A program made the translations under genes and the position numbers. From Scenedesmus sp. PABB004 (Eukaryota), in assembly GCA_014905635.1 (NCBI GenBank), contig CM026547.1, forward strand, positions 1,054,001-1,118,000: 64,000 nt of DNA, in the 5' to 3' direction. Position 1 is the stretch's first letter, and each line of letters begins with the position of its first letter. The notes under the pieces are model-generated. The model ran no database searches, was not told where the DNA came from, and saw only the letters and a list, made by a program, of their open reading frames with translations. This document shows positions 50,235 through 61,400 of this stretch, piece by piece.

Positions 50235-50471
50235 GCCAGCGGCGGAGGGCTGCGCGGCAGGCACGCGGCTGCCTCGCGCGGCAGTGCGTGCGGGTGGGGG
50301 CTGTGCTGCTCCTGCAGGTGGCGGCGGTGCGTTGCATTGATTTTGCGGGGGCTTGGCTGGGCGCAGGCGCCGCGCACTGAGCAGGGTGGCCGCGCTGCGA
50401 GAGGCGCGGGGGCGTCGCCATTGCTTTACACGCTCGTGCGTGTGCGCGCGCACGGCTGCGGCTGCGCCGCC

Positions 50472-51377
50472 TCACGCGCTGACGCCGCCGCGGGTGTCGG
50501 CGTAGAGGGCGCTGGGGGGAAACTCGTAGTAGGCAGCAACGAACTTGGCCTGCGAGTGCAGTGCACGCGGCGGCTCAGCAGACAGGCGGCATGCGCCCGG
50601 CGGCCGCGCGCCGCGCAGCGCTGTCGGCCGCGCGCCGCCGCGCCTTGGCCTCGTCGGGTGAGAGGCCGCTGGCCGCGGCCCACGCGTCCCAGCGCGCGCG
50701 GCCCTCAAAGTCGAGCCCGCCGCCGCGCTCCGCCCACATGGGGCGCTCGGTCGCGTTGTCGCCGGCGGTCGCCTGCTGCGCGAGGCCGTAGAGCCTGCAC
50801 TCGGGCGCGCGGGCGCGGCGGACCGGCTTGGCTGGGCGGCGCGCCCACACGCGCCCGTGCGGACCTGGTCACCCGCGCTCGCCCGCGTGGCCGTCCGCGC
50901 CGCCCCGCGCCGCGCGCGCGCGCGCGCGCGCCTGTAGAAGTGGTCGGGCTTGACCGTCGCGCCGCCGGGCTTGCTGATGAGGCGCCACTTGAGCGACTCG
51001 TAGCTGCCCGACAGCGCCTCAAACTCGGCCGCGTCGTAGCTGGCCTTGGCGTGCGGCGAGCGCTCCGCCGCGCTGCCGCGCCCGTCGCCGCCGGCGGCCG
51101 CGGCCTCGTCGCTCGCGGCGAGCGCCTTGCGCAGGCGGGTGCGCGCGGCTGCGGCGGCGGACGGGCATCGGCGGCGGGCTGGCGTTGCCAGCGGCGGCAG
51201 CGGCGCGCCGCCCGCGGCAGCCTTCGCGCCCCCAGCGCCCCCACCGCGCAGCTTCTGGCGGTCCTCGCCCGGGTGGTCGTCCAGCCAGGCGGCCGCCGCG
51301 ATGGCGGCCTCAAGGGCGGGCACAGCGTCGGCCGCCTCGAGCGCGGCCGTCGCGGCGCTCGCGTCGGGGTGCGTCAT
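50472..51377 (-). CDS. Acyl-CoA-binding (ACBP) domain protein with N-terminal extension, 4 exons
   Basis: Spliced FYRLYGLAQQATAGDNATERPMW...DFEGRARWDAWAAASGLSPDEAKAKFV matches the ACBP pattern; two GC-AG introns. Confidence 0.85.
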   Translation of the reverse strand: MTHPDASAATAALEAADAVPALEAAIAAAAWLDDHPGEDRQKLRGGGAGGAKAAAGGAPLPPLATPARRRCPSAAAAARTRLRKALAASDEAAAAGGDGRGSAAERSPHAKASYDAAEFEALSGSYESLKWRLISKPGGATVKPDHFYRRARARARRGAARTATRASAGDQVRTGACGRAAQPSRSAAPARPSAGSTASRSRRPPATTRPSAPCGRSAAAGSTLRAARAGTRGPRPAASHPTRPRRGGARPTALRGARPPGACRLSAEPPRALHSQAKFVAAYYEFPPSALYADTRGGVSA

Positions 51378-51653
51378 GGTCGGGGCGTCGCCTGGGACGC
51401 GCGGCACGGGGTCGGGGACTGAGGGCGCCGGGTGGCGGGCTGGGGGAGCCGTGCAGCGGCGCGCTGCTTCGTCAATCTTGAACCGCCCGCTCCTGCCCCG
51501 TCGGTCGCGATTTGCCACCGTGTCACCCTGCAGGAGCTGCCCGCCCGCGAGCCCAGACTAACTCAAGTCAGCGGCCGCGCCCCGGGCCAGCGGCAGCAGC
51601 GGCAGCAGCGGCAGCAGCGGCAGCGGCGCTCGCGCCCACGCGCCCATCTCGCG

Positions 51654-52031
51654 ATGGCGGCCGACGACGCGGCCTTTGCTCTCGCGCCCGACGGCTCCGC
51701 CCGCGACCCCGCGGCCTTCCAGGCGGCGCTGCGCGCCGACGCGGCCAAGGCCGCGGCGCTCGCGGCGGACCCCGAGCTCGCGGCGGTGCTGCTCGGCGAC
51801 GACGTGGCCGCGATGCAGGCGCTGCTGCGCGAGGCCTACGCGGCGGAGCTGGAGCGCGCGTCGCGCGCGGTGGCGCGGGCGGCGGAGCGCACGATGGACG
51901 CGCAGCGCGCGAGCGCGCAGCGCCCCCGCGACGTCGTGCAGCTCTACACAGCGCTGGCTGAGAGCGGCCTGCAGTACGGCCCGGCCTTCCGCCTGCTGCG
52001 CAGCGTGAACGTGCCCGACGTCGACCCGTAA
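51654..52031 (+). CDS. Small intronless protein: DDI1 helical-domain-like N-terminus plus a PKS-dehydratase-like C-terminal motif
   Basis: PDGSARDPAAFQAALRAD...DPELAAVLLGDDVAAMQALLR resembles plant DDI1 HDD; LYTALAESGLQYGPAFRLLR resembles the PKS DH GLxYGPxF motif; 125 aa. Confidence 0.75.
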   Translation: MAADDAAFALAPDGSARDPAAFQAALRADAAKAAALAADPELAAVLLGDDVAAMQALLREAYAAELERASRAVARAAERTMDAQRASAQRPRDVVQLYTALAESGLQYGPAFRLLRSVNVPDVDP

Positions 52032-52579
52032 CCGAGAGCGTCGCCGCGCGCCGAGCCGACCCGACCCGACCGCCGCGCCACCGCCGCCGCCGCGCAAACA
52101 GCCGAGAGGCCAGACCCCGTGCAAAGCGTGCGTAAGACAGGGCCCGCGCCACCTGCCTGGCTGTGATTGGGTTTGTGTCGGAAATGCACCGCTGCCGAGC
52201 GACAGAGCCCGCTCCCCCTCGTCCCTCGCTCCGCTGCGCACGCACCGCAAACGCACAAACACACACGCACAGAACACAGTGCGACCGAGGGCCAAACGCC
52301 CGCCCCCCGCGGCAGTGCTCTCTAGAGACGCACGCGGCCGGCGCGCGCCGCACAGGCGGCCGCCCGCGGCAGACAGAATCCCGCGCGCGCGCGCGCGCGC
52401 GCAGCCGCCAATCCATTCCGCCGCCCCCAAAAGCCGCCCACGCTGGGCACCAACCCTGGGCGCAGGTGCGCGCGCGCACGCACTGCTCTCGCGCTGCTGG
52501 CGGCGCGTCTCAGCCGCCCGCTCGCCGTCCAACTCGCCGCCAAGCCAAGCCCACACGCCCCCAGCCCCTCAACCCTCTC

Positions 52580-54875
52580 CTAAAAGTACAGCCGCTCCTC
52601 GTCGTCAGGAGCAAAGGGCCCCGTATCGGCGGGGAACAGCGCCGCCGCGGCCGCGCCGCGTGCCAGCATGTCGCCGCGCACCAGGCGCGCGCCGCTGGCG
52701 TCGCTGCCGGCCTCGCCGGCGCCGCCCAGGCCCACCAGCGACTGGCAGGACGCGGCGCTGGGCGCGCTGCTCGTCGCGCTGCAGGGCGAGCCGCCCTGGC
52801 CGTCCGCGGCGCCGCCGCCGGGCATCGACCCGAGCGGCGGCGCGCCGTCGCCGCCGCCGCCACGCACGGCGCAGCGCAGCCGGCTGGGCCGGGGCGGCGC
52901 GCGGCCGGGCAGCGGCGCGTCGGGGCTGGCGTCGCTGCTGTCGAAGCAGGGGCCGTCGATGACGCAGCTGCTGCCGCGCGCAAACGCCTGCGCATCGAGC
53001 AGCACCGCGTAGCCGCTGCCGCCGCTGATGTGGCAGCTCGTCGCCTGCGGGCGAGCGCGGGCGAGCGCGGCCGGCGCGCGTGTGACGGCGTGGCGGGCGG
53101 GGCGGGCGGGGGCGGCCGCGGCCTCGCTGCGGCGGCGCCGCCCCGCAGGCGCACACGTGCGCGCGCGCGCGCACCTCGCACGTCGCCGCCTGCCAGAGCC
53201 ACACGCCGCCGGCGCAGCCCGTGACCTCGACGTGCTTCAGCACCGCGCTGCCCTCGTCGCCGACCTCCACGCCCGCGCCGCCGCAGCCCGCGACGGTCGT
53301 GTTCGTCGCGTGCAGCGCGCCCCGCTCCAGCACCACCAGCCCGTCCGCGCCGGCGTCGGCGACCGTGCAGCCCTCCAGGAAGGCCTGGGCGCTCTCGCAC
53401 ACGAGCATCGCGTGCTGCCCGCCCGTGAGGCTGCAGCGCCAGAGCGTGGAGCTCGACGACCCGGCCTGCTTGATGCCGCAGCGCCGCGCCTGCGCGGCGC
53501 GCGCGGGGCGGGCCGCGGCGGGCGGCCGTCGGCGCGGCGCCGGCGCGGCGGCGGCGGCGCGCGCGCCGCGGCCTCGGACGCGCGCGCGGCGCGGCGCGGC
53601 ACGACGCGGCGCGGCGCCCGCGCACCACGATGGTGCACCCGTCGAGCAGGGGCTGGGCCTTGCCACCGACCGCGAGCGCGTCGTCGCCGCTGCACGAGAG
53701 GCGCAGGCAGCGCAGGACGGGCTTGATGCGCGCCGAGGCGTGGCTGACGCACACGGCCTCGCAGAAGCCGACCATGTCGACGGTGAAGTCGCGCAGCACG
53801 CAGCACCTGGCGGGCGGGCGGGCGGGCGGGGGGACAGACGGCGTGCGCGGGCAGGGGCGGGGGCGGGGGCGGAGGCGGGGGGACGCGTCGGCGGCGCGGC
53901 ACGCGCAGGTGAGTGTGTGCGAGCGTGTGTGCAGCGCGGCGCGCGCGTGCAGCGCGGCGCGGCGCCTGCGCACGCCTGTGGATGGCAAGGGCCGGCTGGT
54001 TGGCGCGGTGGTCGAGCACGACCGCGGCGGCGTCGCCGCCCAGGCCCTCGACCAGCACGCGCTGCCGGACGGTCAGCGTGGCCTGCGCGGCCGGGGCGCA
54101 GGCGGCGGCTCGGGCGCCGCGGCGCGGGCGGCGCGGGCGGCGCGGGCGGCGCGCGCGGCGCGGGCGCGGCGCGGCGCGGGCGGCGCACCTGCGAGACCAC
54201 GTGCGTGCCGGGCAGCAGCTGCACCACGTCGCCGTCGACCGCCGCGGCGAGCGCGTCGGCGAGGCTCGTGAAGCTCAGGCCGCCCGCCGCCTCCGCGCCC
54301 TTGTCGCCCGGCAGGCCCAGCCACACGGTGCTCGCGTCGCAGGGCAGCACCTGCGCGGCGCGGTGGGCGCGGCGCGGTGGGCGCGGCGCGGTGGGCGCGG
54401 CGCGGTGGGCGCGTCGCGGCGGGCAAGCCGCGCGCGGGACACGCGTGCGCGCCGGCGCCGGCGCCGGCCGCACCCGCAGCGTGCGGCCGTCGAAGCCGAT
54501 CAGGTCACCCGCCGCGGCGGCGTGCATGCAGATGTCGTCGACAAACTCGGCGTGCGCGCTCGCGCTCCTGCGGCGGGTGCGGCGGGCGCCCGCGTCGGCC
54601 GAGGCAGCGCCGTGCCGCAGCGCGCGCGCGGGCACCACCCCAGCGCCGGCGCGGCCCAGGCGTGTGTGTCGCGGCGCGCCGGGCCCGCACCCGCCAGAGG
54701 CAGCAGCCTGGTCGGCGCGCGCCGCCGTGAGCGCCGCTGCCCACTGCTTGGTCTCGAAAAGCCTGCGCGGCGGCGCACCGGCTGCGTTGGCCTGGGCTCG
54801 CGCTCGCAGCGCGGCTGCCGGGCGGGCGCGCGCCTCGCACCTGCGCGCTGAGGAGCTGCGAGCGTGTGCTGCCAT
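52580..54875 (-). CDS. Right-handed beta-helix (pectin-lyase-like, SKIP5/FBXO11-type repeats) protein, ~8 exons
   Basis: SLADALAAAVDGDVVQLLPGTH; repeats LEGCTVADAGADGLVV, NTTVAGCGGAGVEV, HVEVTGCAGGVWL; no signal peptide; one GC-AG intron; ends EERLYF*. Confidence 0.82.
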
Positions 54876-55311
54876 CGCAGCGCCAGCAGCCCGCGCGTGC
54901 GCCGCGGCGCGGGCCGCCCGCGTTCAGCCCTCGACGGCGCTCGCGCGGGTGAGCGGCGCCCGCGTGGATCGATCGATGGGCGCGTGCCTGGCGGGCCCTC
55001 CCACGCGGCCCTCAGACGCAATTGCAGGGCCGCGCACGCTGCGCACGGACCGCACGTTCTGCAGTGTCTGGCGCTGGAGGAGCTGTTGTGAAGGGGGCTG
55101 GGGCTGCGGGGGCCTTGCAAACACCAGCGCTTGCGCCGCCGTGACGAGCAGCAGCGGCGCGCGTCACACGCCCGCGCCAGGTGCAGTCCGAGCTTCCCCG
55201 GCCTGGAGCTTTGGCCTCTCACGTCCTCAACTGCGCCGCGCGGAGCTCGGACTGCGCCGGCCTTGCGGCGGCGGCGACCGGTTGCGCCGCGAGCTCGCGA
55301 GCAGCTGCTGA

Positions 55312-55316
55312 TTACA
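55312..55316 (-). terminator. TGTAA polyadenylation signal of the truncated dynein gene
   Basis: Chlorophyte poly(A) signal ~180 nt downstream of the TAG at 55494. Confidence 0.55.
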
Positions 55317-55493
55317 CCTGCCGCGGGAGCTCGTCGGGCCGCTGCCATGACAGCCGAGGCCTCAGTCGGCGAGCTGCACCACGCCGGCAGGCGCGCGCGT
55401 TGCGACGCGGCGGCGGACCGACCGCGCGCGCGCGCCCGAGCCGCCGACGCCGCAGCCCCCGCGCGCAGCCCCCGCGCGCCGCCCCCGCGCGCC

Positions 55494-58400
55494 CTAGTGG
55501 CAGCCCGGCGCGTCGCCCGGGAAGAGGCCGGCGACGACGCCGTTGAAGAGGGGCACGTCGTTGGCGAGGAGCTTGCACTGGTTGACCTCCACCAGCGCGC
55601 GCAGCACGAGCGCAAGCTCGCCCTCCCCCGGCGACGCGCGCCTGAGCGCGCCCGCGGACCGCAGCACCGCCGCCACCGCGCGCATGCCGCAGTCGTAGCA
55701 GCGGTCCTGGCTGGAGAGCTGCTCGCTGCAGAGGCGGTGCGCGGCCACGATCCTGCGCGCGCACTCGCGCGCCTGCGCGGCGCCGCGCGGCGCGGCCGGC
55801 GGCCGGCGCTCGGCCCGGATCTCTCGCAGCCGCGCCCCGCGCAACCGCCCGCCCGCTCATGTGGTCACAGCACGCACCTGCACGTAGCCGCTTGACAAGA
55901 GCATGACCTCAGCGATCAGCGCGACGTCGGGCACCGCCTGGCGGCGCCGGCCGGCCAGGCGGCGTGCCGTGAGCCCAGCGGGGACACCGCGCCAGGCCGG
56001 CGCGACGCAGCGCTCAGCGCGCGGCGCGCAGCGCCGCGTGGTCGCAGGCTTGCGCGGCGCGCACCATCGCGACGGTGCGGAACAGGGCCTTGAGGCTGTC
56101 CGGCAGCTCGCTGCGGCCTACGTGGCAGCGGCGGCGGCGGCCCGGGGGCGGCTCGGCGCGCGCGCGCGCGCGCGTGCGCGCGCGTGCGCGCGAGGCGCAG
56201 CCGGCGGGGAGGGCGGCGGCCTGCGCCCACGCACGCCACCGACGCGCGCCGCGCAAGCCCGCCGCACCGGCGCCGCTCGTGTCCACCGTGGCAAATACGG
56301 CGCAGCTGTGGCGCAGCGGCAGCGTGGTGCCCTCGAAGGTGAACGAGCGCAGGCACGCTCTGACGGCGAGCTGGACCTCCATGACCTGCTGCGCCACGAC
56401 CGACAGCACCTGGGCGGGCGGGCGGGCAGGCCGTGGCGGCGCGCTCACTCTGGCGCCTGCGCCGCACAGCACTCGCGCCAACGACGACGCCTGCCACCCC
56501 CACACGCGCATGCCGCCCACCTTGAGGTCGGCGCGGTTCAGCTCGTCAAAGCACGCCCACGCGCCGCTGGCTGCGAGGCCCTTGCACAACGCGGCCACCG
56601 CGAGGCAGTCGAGCGCGCCGGAGCAGCCGAGCACCACACACTGCCGGCCGAGCGCCTTGGCGAGGTCCCTGGTCGCCTCCGTGCCCCCGGGCCTGCGGCG
56701 CGGCAGCGTCGGCGGGCTCGGACGCCCAGCGGGCCGCGCCGCATGCGGCGCGGTGCGCACCGCACGCAGGGCGCGCTAGTCTGCACGCGCGCCCCGGCCC
56801 GCCGCGCAGCGCAGCCGCCGCCGCCGCCGCCGCGCGCACCCCTCTGACGCGCCGCCGAGGCCGAGGTGCACCGCGCCGATGAGCGCCTGGCGGTGGCAGC
56901 GGTCGGTCAGCGGCGTCACCACGAGCCGCCCGCTGTTGCCCAGGTACTCGTACCCGTAGTCCGCCTGCGCCATCCAGGGGGATGGGGATATGGCAGGGGC
57001 ACGTCGGGCGCGCGTGCGCGCGCGGCGTCGGCCGCAGGCCGGGCGGCGGCGGCCGCGCCGGGCGGCGCCGGGCCCCCCGCCGCCGCGCAGCGCCACCCGC
57101 GCGCGTCGGGCCACCCACCCGGGCATCCATCATGCGCACGACGATGGTCTTGCCGCCGTCCGCGCCGCCGGCGCGGCCGCCCCGGGGGGCCTCGGCGTCC
57201 TCCCAGTACGTGCGCAGGCAGGACAGCCAGCTGAAGTGCTCGGGCTGGCCCTCGATGCCCTCCTCCGCAAGCGACGCGGCCACGTCCCGGGCATGCACGT
57301 CCATGACCACCAGCGCGCTCAGCGTGGCCCTGCCGCGGCGGCGGCGGCGGCAGCCGCGGGCGCAGCGGCGCGTGAGCGACGGAGGCGGCGAGGCGAGTCA
57401 CGGGCGCCCGGGCGGCAGCAAACCCCGCTCCGGGCGCAGGCGCACCGGTTGAGGTTGGACAGCTCGCCGCGCACGAGCTCCACCACCTCGCCCAGCTGCG
57501 CGGTGCAGCGCGCCGCCACGCCCGCGAGCGCGCCCCGGCCGCCGGCCGCCGGCGGCGCAGGCGGCGCGGCGGCGTCGCCGCCGCCGGGAGCGGGCGACGC
57601 AATCGCCTCGGCGACCTCCTGCGTCCAGTAGATGCCCGACACCGCCAGCACGACCTGCCCCGGCCACGCCATCGCCCACGCGGCGCGCGGCGTGGCTGGG
57701 TAGGCCTCGGAGGCGCGCCGGCACACCTCCTGCAGGCTCTCCACCATGCCCGCCTCGACCTGGAGGGCGCAGGCGCAGCGGGGGCGGCGCAGCATCGGGC
57801 CGAGCACGCTCGCAGCAGGGCCGTCGCTCGGCGCGGCGGCGGGGCGGCGCCCGACGGCCGGCACGCGCGCGCCGCGCGCCGCGCTCCGCTGCCGCCGCAC
57901 CTGTGCCAGCCACTTCTCCACGGCGCCGTTGGCGTCGGCCGGGCGGATGCGCGTCTTGAGCGGCACCAGCTCGCCCTCCGCGCTCAGCATGCCGGTGACG
58001 TCGCCGTTGGGCTTGAACCTGCGTGGCGCCGGCGGGCGGCCGGGCGGCGGTGCGCCGTGGGCGGGCGCGCGCTGCGTGGCGCGCGCCGCGCCCGCAACCC
58101 CCGCCCCGCCCCGCGCGCGGCGCGGCGCGCACTGCAGGCGGTCGATGCCCTCAAACGCCTTGCGCAGGTGGGGCTGCACACGCATGGGGTCCTTGGCCTC
58201 AGCCAGGACCTCCAGCACCTCGTCATTGGAGAGGAAGAAGAAGCTGCGGGGGCAGGCAGGCGGCGGCAGGGGTCAGGCCAGGCCAGGCGAGCGAGCGCGC
58301 GCGCGGGGCGGGGCCGGCGGGCGCGGCACGGCGCGGCGCGGCGGGCGGCCCGCGGCCGCGCACCGCGGGAAGGCGAGGCGCTTGACCTCGAGGAACGCTG

Positions 58401-61400
58401 CCAGGCCCTGCGCGGGGTGTCAGCGGCGTGCGGCGGCGCGGTCACACGCACGCACACCCGCGCGCGGCGCCGAGTCCGTCTGAGCTGGGCGTCACCAGCC
58501 CTCCAGGGCCAGCCCAGGGCAGGGCTCCTGCCTCGCGGCGCGCCGCCCCCCGCTGAGCGTGTGCACGCGCCTTTTGGATCTCCTCCAGCAGCTTATTGGC
58601 CTCCTCGAGTCGCGCAACGCGCTCGGGGTCGTCTGCGAGGCCGAGCACGCTGGGCGCCGCCGCCGCGGCCTCCATGAGGTCGCGCCACGCCGTGTCCGCC
58701 TGCGCGGCGGCGCGGGGCACGCGGCGCGGCGCGGCGGGCTCCTCAGCCCGGCGCCCGGCGCCGCCCCGCGCCGGCCCGCCGCGGCTCGCCGGCCCGCCAA
58801 GGCCTCTGCGCGCCGGCGCCGCGCGCCGCGCCTGCGCAAACTTGTCGCCCTCGTCGGGCATGTGCCTGAGGACGTCGGGGGCGCTGAAGATCGGCCCCAG
58901 GTGCTGCCACGCCGCCTGGCAGGCGAGCCAGGCGCTGATCAGGTCCTGCGCGGCCAGCAGGCGGCGCTCCCAGGCGAGCAGGTCCGCCTCGAGCGGCTTG
59001 ATGAAGGCGCTCGCCCGCATCGCCTGCGTGCGGACCACCTGGTCGTCCAGCAGCACCTGCGCGCCGGCGGCGGCGGCGCAGCACGCCGCAGGCTGGTCAG
59101 TGGTCAGCGCAGGCAGCTGAGCAGCTCGCGCCGGCGCCCCACGCGCGCGCGCGCGCCTGCACGTCGTCGGTGCCGCAGATGACACTCGTGCCGGAGTCCT
59201 TGTACTCCGCGATGCGCAGCGCCACGCCCTCCCAGTCGGCCTGCATGCGCGCGAGCGCCGCGTCCAGCGCCGCCTCCTCGCTCGCCGCCGCGCCGACGCC
59301 GCGCAGGCGCTCGAGCTGCTCCAGCAGGTCGAACTGCAGCAGCTGCCGGATGCTGAACGACGCAAAGCCTGGCGCGGGCGGCGCGGTTGGAGCGCGCCGG
59401 TCGGGGCGGCGCGCAGCCCGCACCGGGTCCGCCGCTGGCGGTCGCAGCCGCACCCACCCCGCGGCGCGCCGCCGCACCCGCGCCGGTGTCGTCGCGTGGC
59501 GGGATGTCTGCGCCGATGATGTCAAACATCTCCCGCCAGTGCCGCGCCCGCAGCGCGGGGTTGCCCAGCTCCGCCACCAGCGGCAGCAGCTCCTGCGGGC
59601 GCCGGCGGTGGCGGCAGAGGCGGCGGCGGCAACGGCAGCAGCATGTGAGGGCCGCGCACGTGTGCGCGCGAGTGCACGAGCGCGGATGTGGGAGCCGGCG
59701 GCGGCGCGCGCACCTTGAAGTCGTCCACCACGTCCTTCAGCCGCGCCGCGACCGCGTCCTGCGCGCGGGCGCCCGGCGCAGAGCGGCGTGCGGCGGGGGC
59801 GGTCAGGCTGCACGCAGCGAGCGGCGTTGCGCGAGCCCGGCCGGCGCGGCGCGCGCGGGCAGGTGCACGCACGTCCTTGTTGGCCTTGACGGCCCTGTCG
59901 GCCTTGGCCGCGTAGTCGTCCACCTCGGCGCGGACGGACTCGACGTCGAGCAGCACGCGGCCGTCGTCGTCCAGCACCGGCTCCTCCGTCCAGCTCCGGC
60001 TCTGCTCCAGGAAGTCCCGCACGTTGCGCCACAGCTGGCGGGCGCGGCGCGCGGCGCGGCGTCGGCGTCGCCCTGCCCACCGCGGGGCTCTTGGGCGCCC
60101 CGCCGGCGCGCGCGCAGGCTGCACGCAGCCCAACAAACAGGGGCTGCGTGCTGCTGACAGCGTGCGCAGCGCGGGTCACCTGGTACCGCGCATTGACCTC
60201 CTTCTCAGTGACCATGAGTGCGCCGAGGTCGTCCGGCGGGGCCTCAAAGAGGGCCAGGTAGGTGTTGTACTGCCCCAGCGCCTCGCCCAGGCCGCTCACG
60301 GACTGCAGCAGCGCCTCCAGGTCCGCCACGACCTCGTCGGGGTCCGCCGCCGCGTCGACGTACTTGCCTGGCGCGGCAGGCGGCGGGCGGCGGTGGCGGT
60401 GCTGGGCGCGAGCGCGGGGCGGCGGGCGCCGGCCGTCGCCGTGCGGCCGCACCCGCGTGCAGGCCGTCGGTCAGCGCCGCGAGCTCCTCGTTCACCGACG
60501 CCACGCTTGCGGCGAGCGTGGCGGCCTGGGCCTCCCTGTGGTCGGCGATGAACTCCTTGCCCTGGCACGGGACAAGAGAGGAGGGCAGGGCAGCGGGGGC
60601 GGCAGGGCGGGCAAGGGTCGAGGTTTGGTGGAGTGGCGCGCTGTGGCGCGCGGCAGTGCGGCGCGCGGGCGCGCGCGGGCGCGCGGGGCGCGCGCGCCTC
60701 TGTGAGCTGCGCCTGGAACGCGGCGAGCGCGTCGGTGAGGTCGTCGTGCTTGACCTGGTCCGCGGTCGGCACCTTTTGCTCGTGCGCGGCGAGCGACTCA
60801 TACATGTCGTCCACCTGGAGGGAGGGGCGGCGCGTGGGCGTGGTGGGGCTCTCGCCGCGACCAACCTGGAGCTCCAGACCCGCGCCCGCAAGCCCCTGGC
60901 GCGCCGGCAGCCCGCGCGGCGACGACCGCACGCGCGTCCGAGGGAGGCCCGGCGCCGCACCGCCACGCCGCCGCACCTGGCCGACCTGGCTGGAGAGCAG
61001 CTTGCGGTCGTTGAGCTGCGCCGCGTGGAGGGACATGTAGGCCACAAACTCGTCCAGCTGCGCGGGGCGCGCGGCGAGCATGGCGCTGCGCGCGGTGATG
61101 TCCTCCAGCACCGCCAGCGTCGCCTGCGCGCGGCGGCGCAGGTTGCGGCGGGGGCGCGGGCGCACGCGGTGCGCGCCCGCCGGGCGTCGGCCGGCATCGC
61201 GCGCACGCGCGCGCACCTGGCGCGCCATGTTGAGGAGCAGCAGCTTGATGCGCTCCAGCGCCGCCGCGGTGACGGGCACGAGCTCCGCGCGCAGCGGCTT
61301 GGCGTCGATCTGCAGGCAGCCGGCGGCGATGCTGGTCCGCATGCGCTCGAGACTGGCCTTCCAGTTGCGCTGCATGACCAGGTCGCGCCGGATCTCGCCG

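Noticed and set aside
52580..54875. F-box (SKIP5/FBXO11) assignment for the beta-helix protein
   Set aside because: No F-box motif visible in the reconstructed N-terminus.
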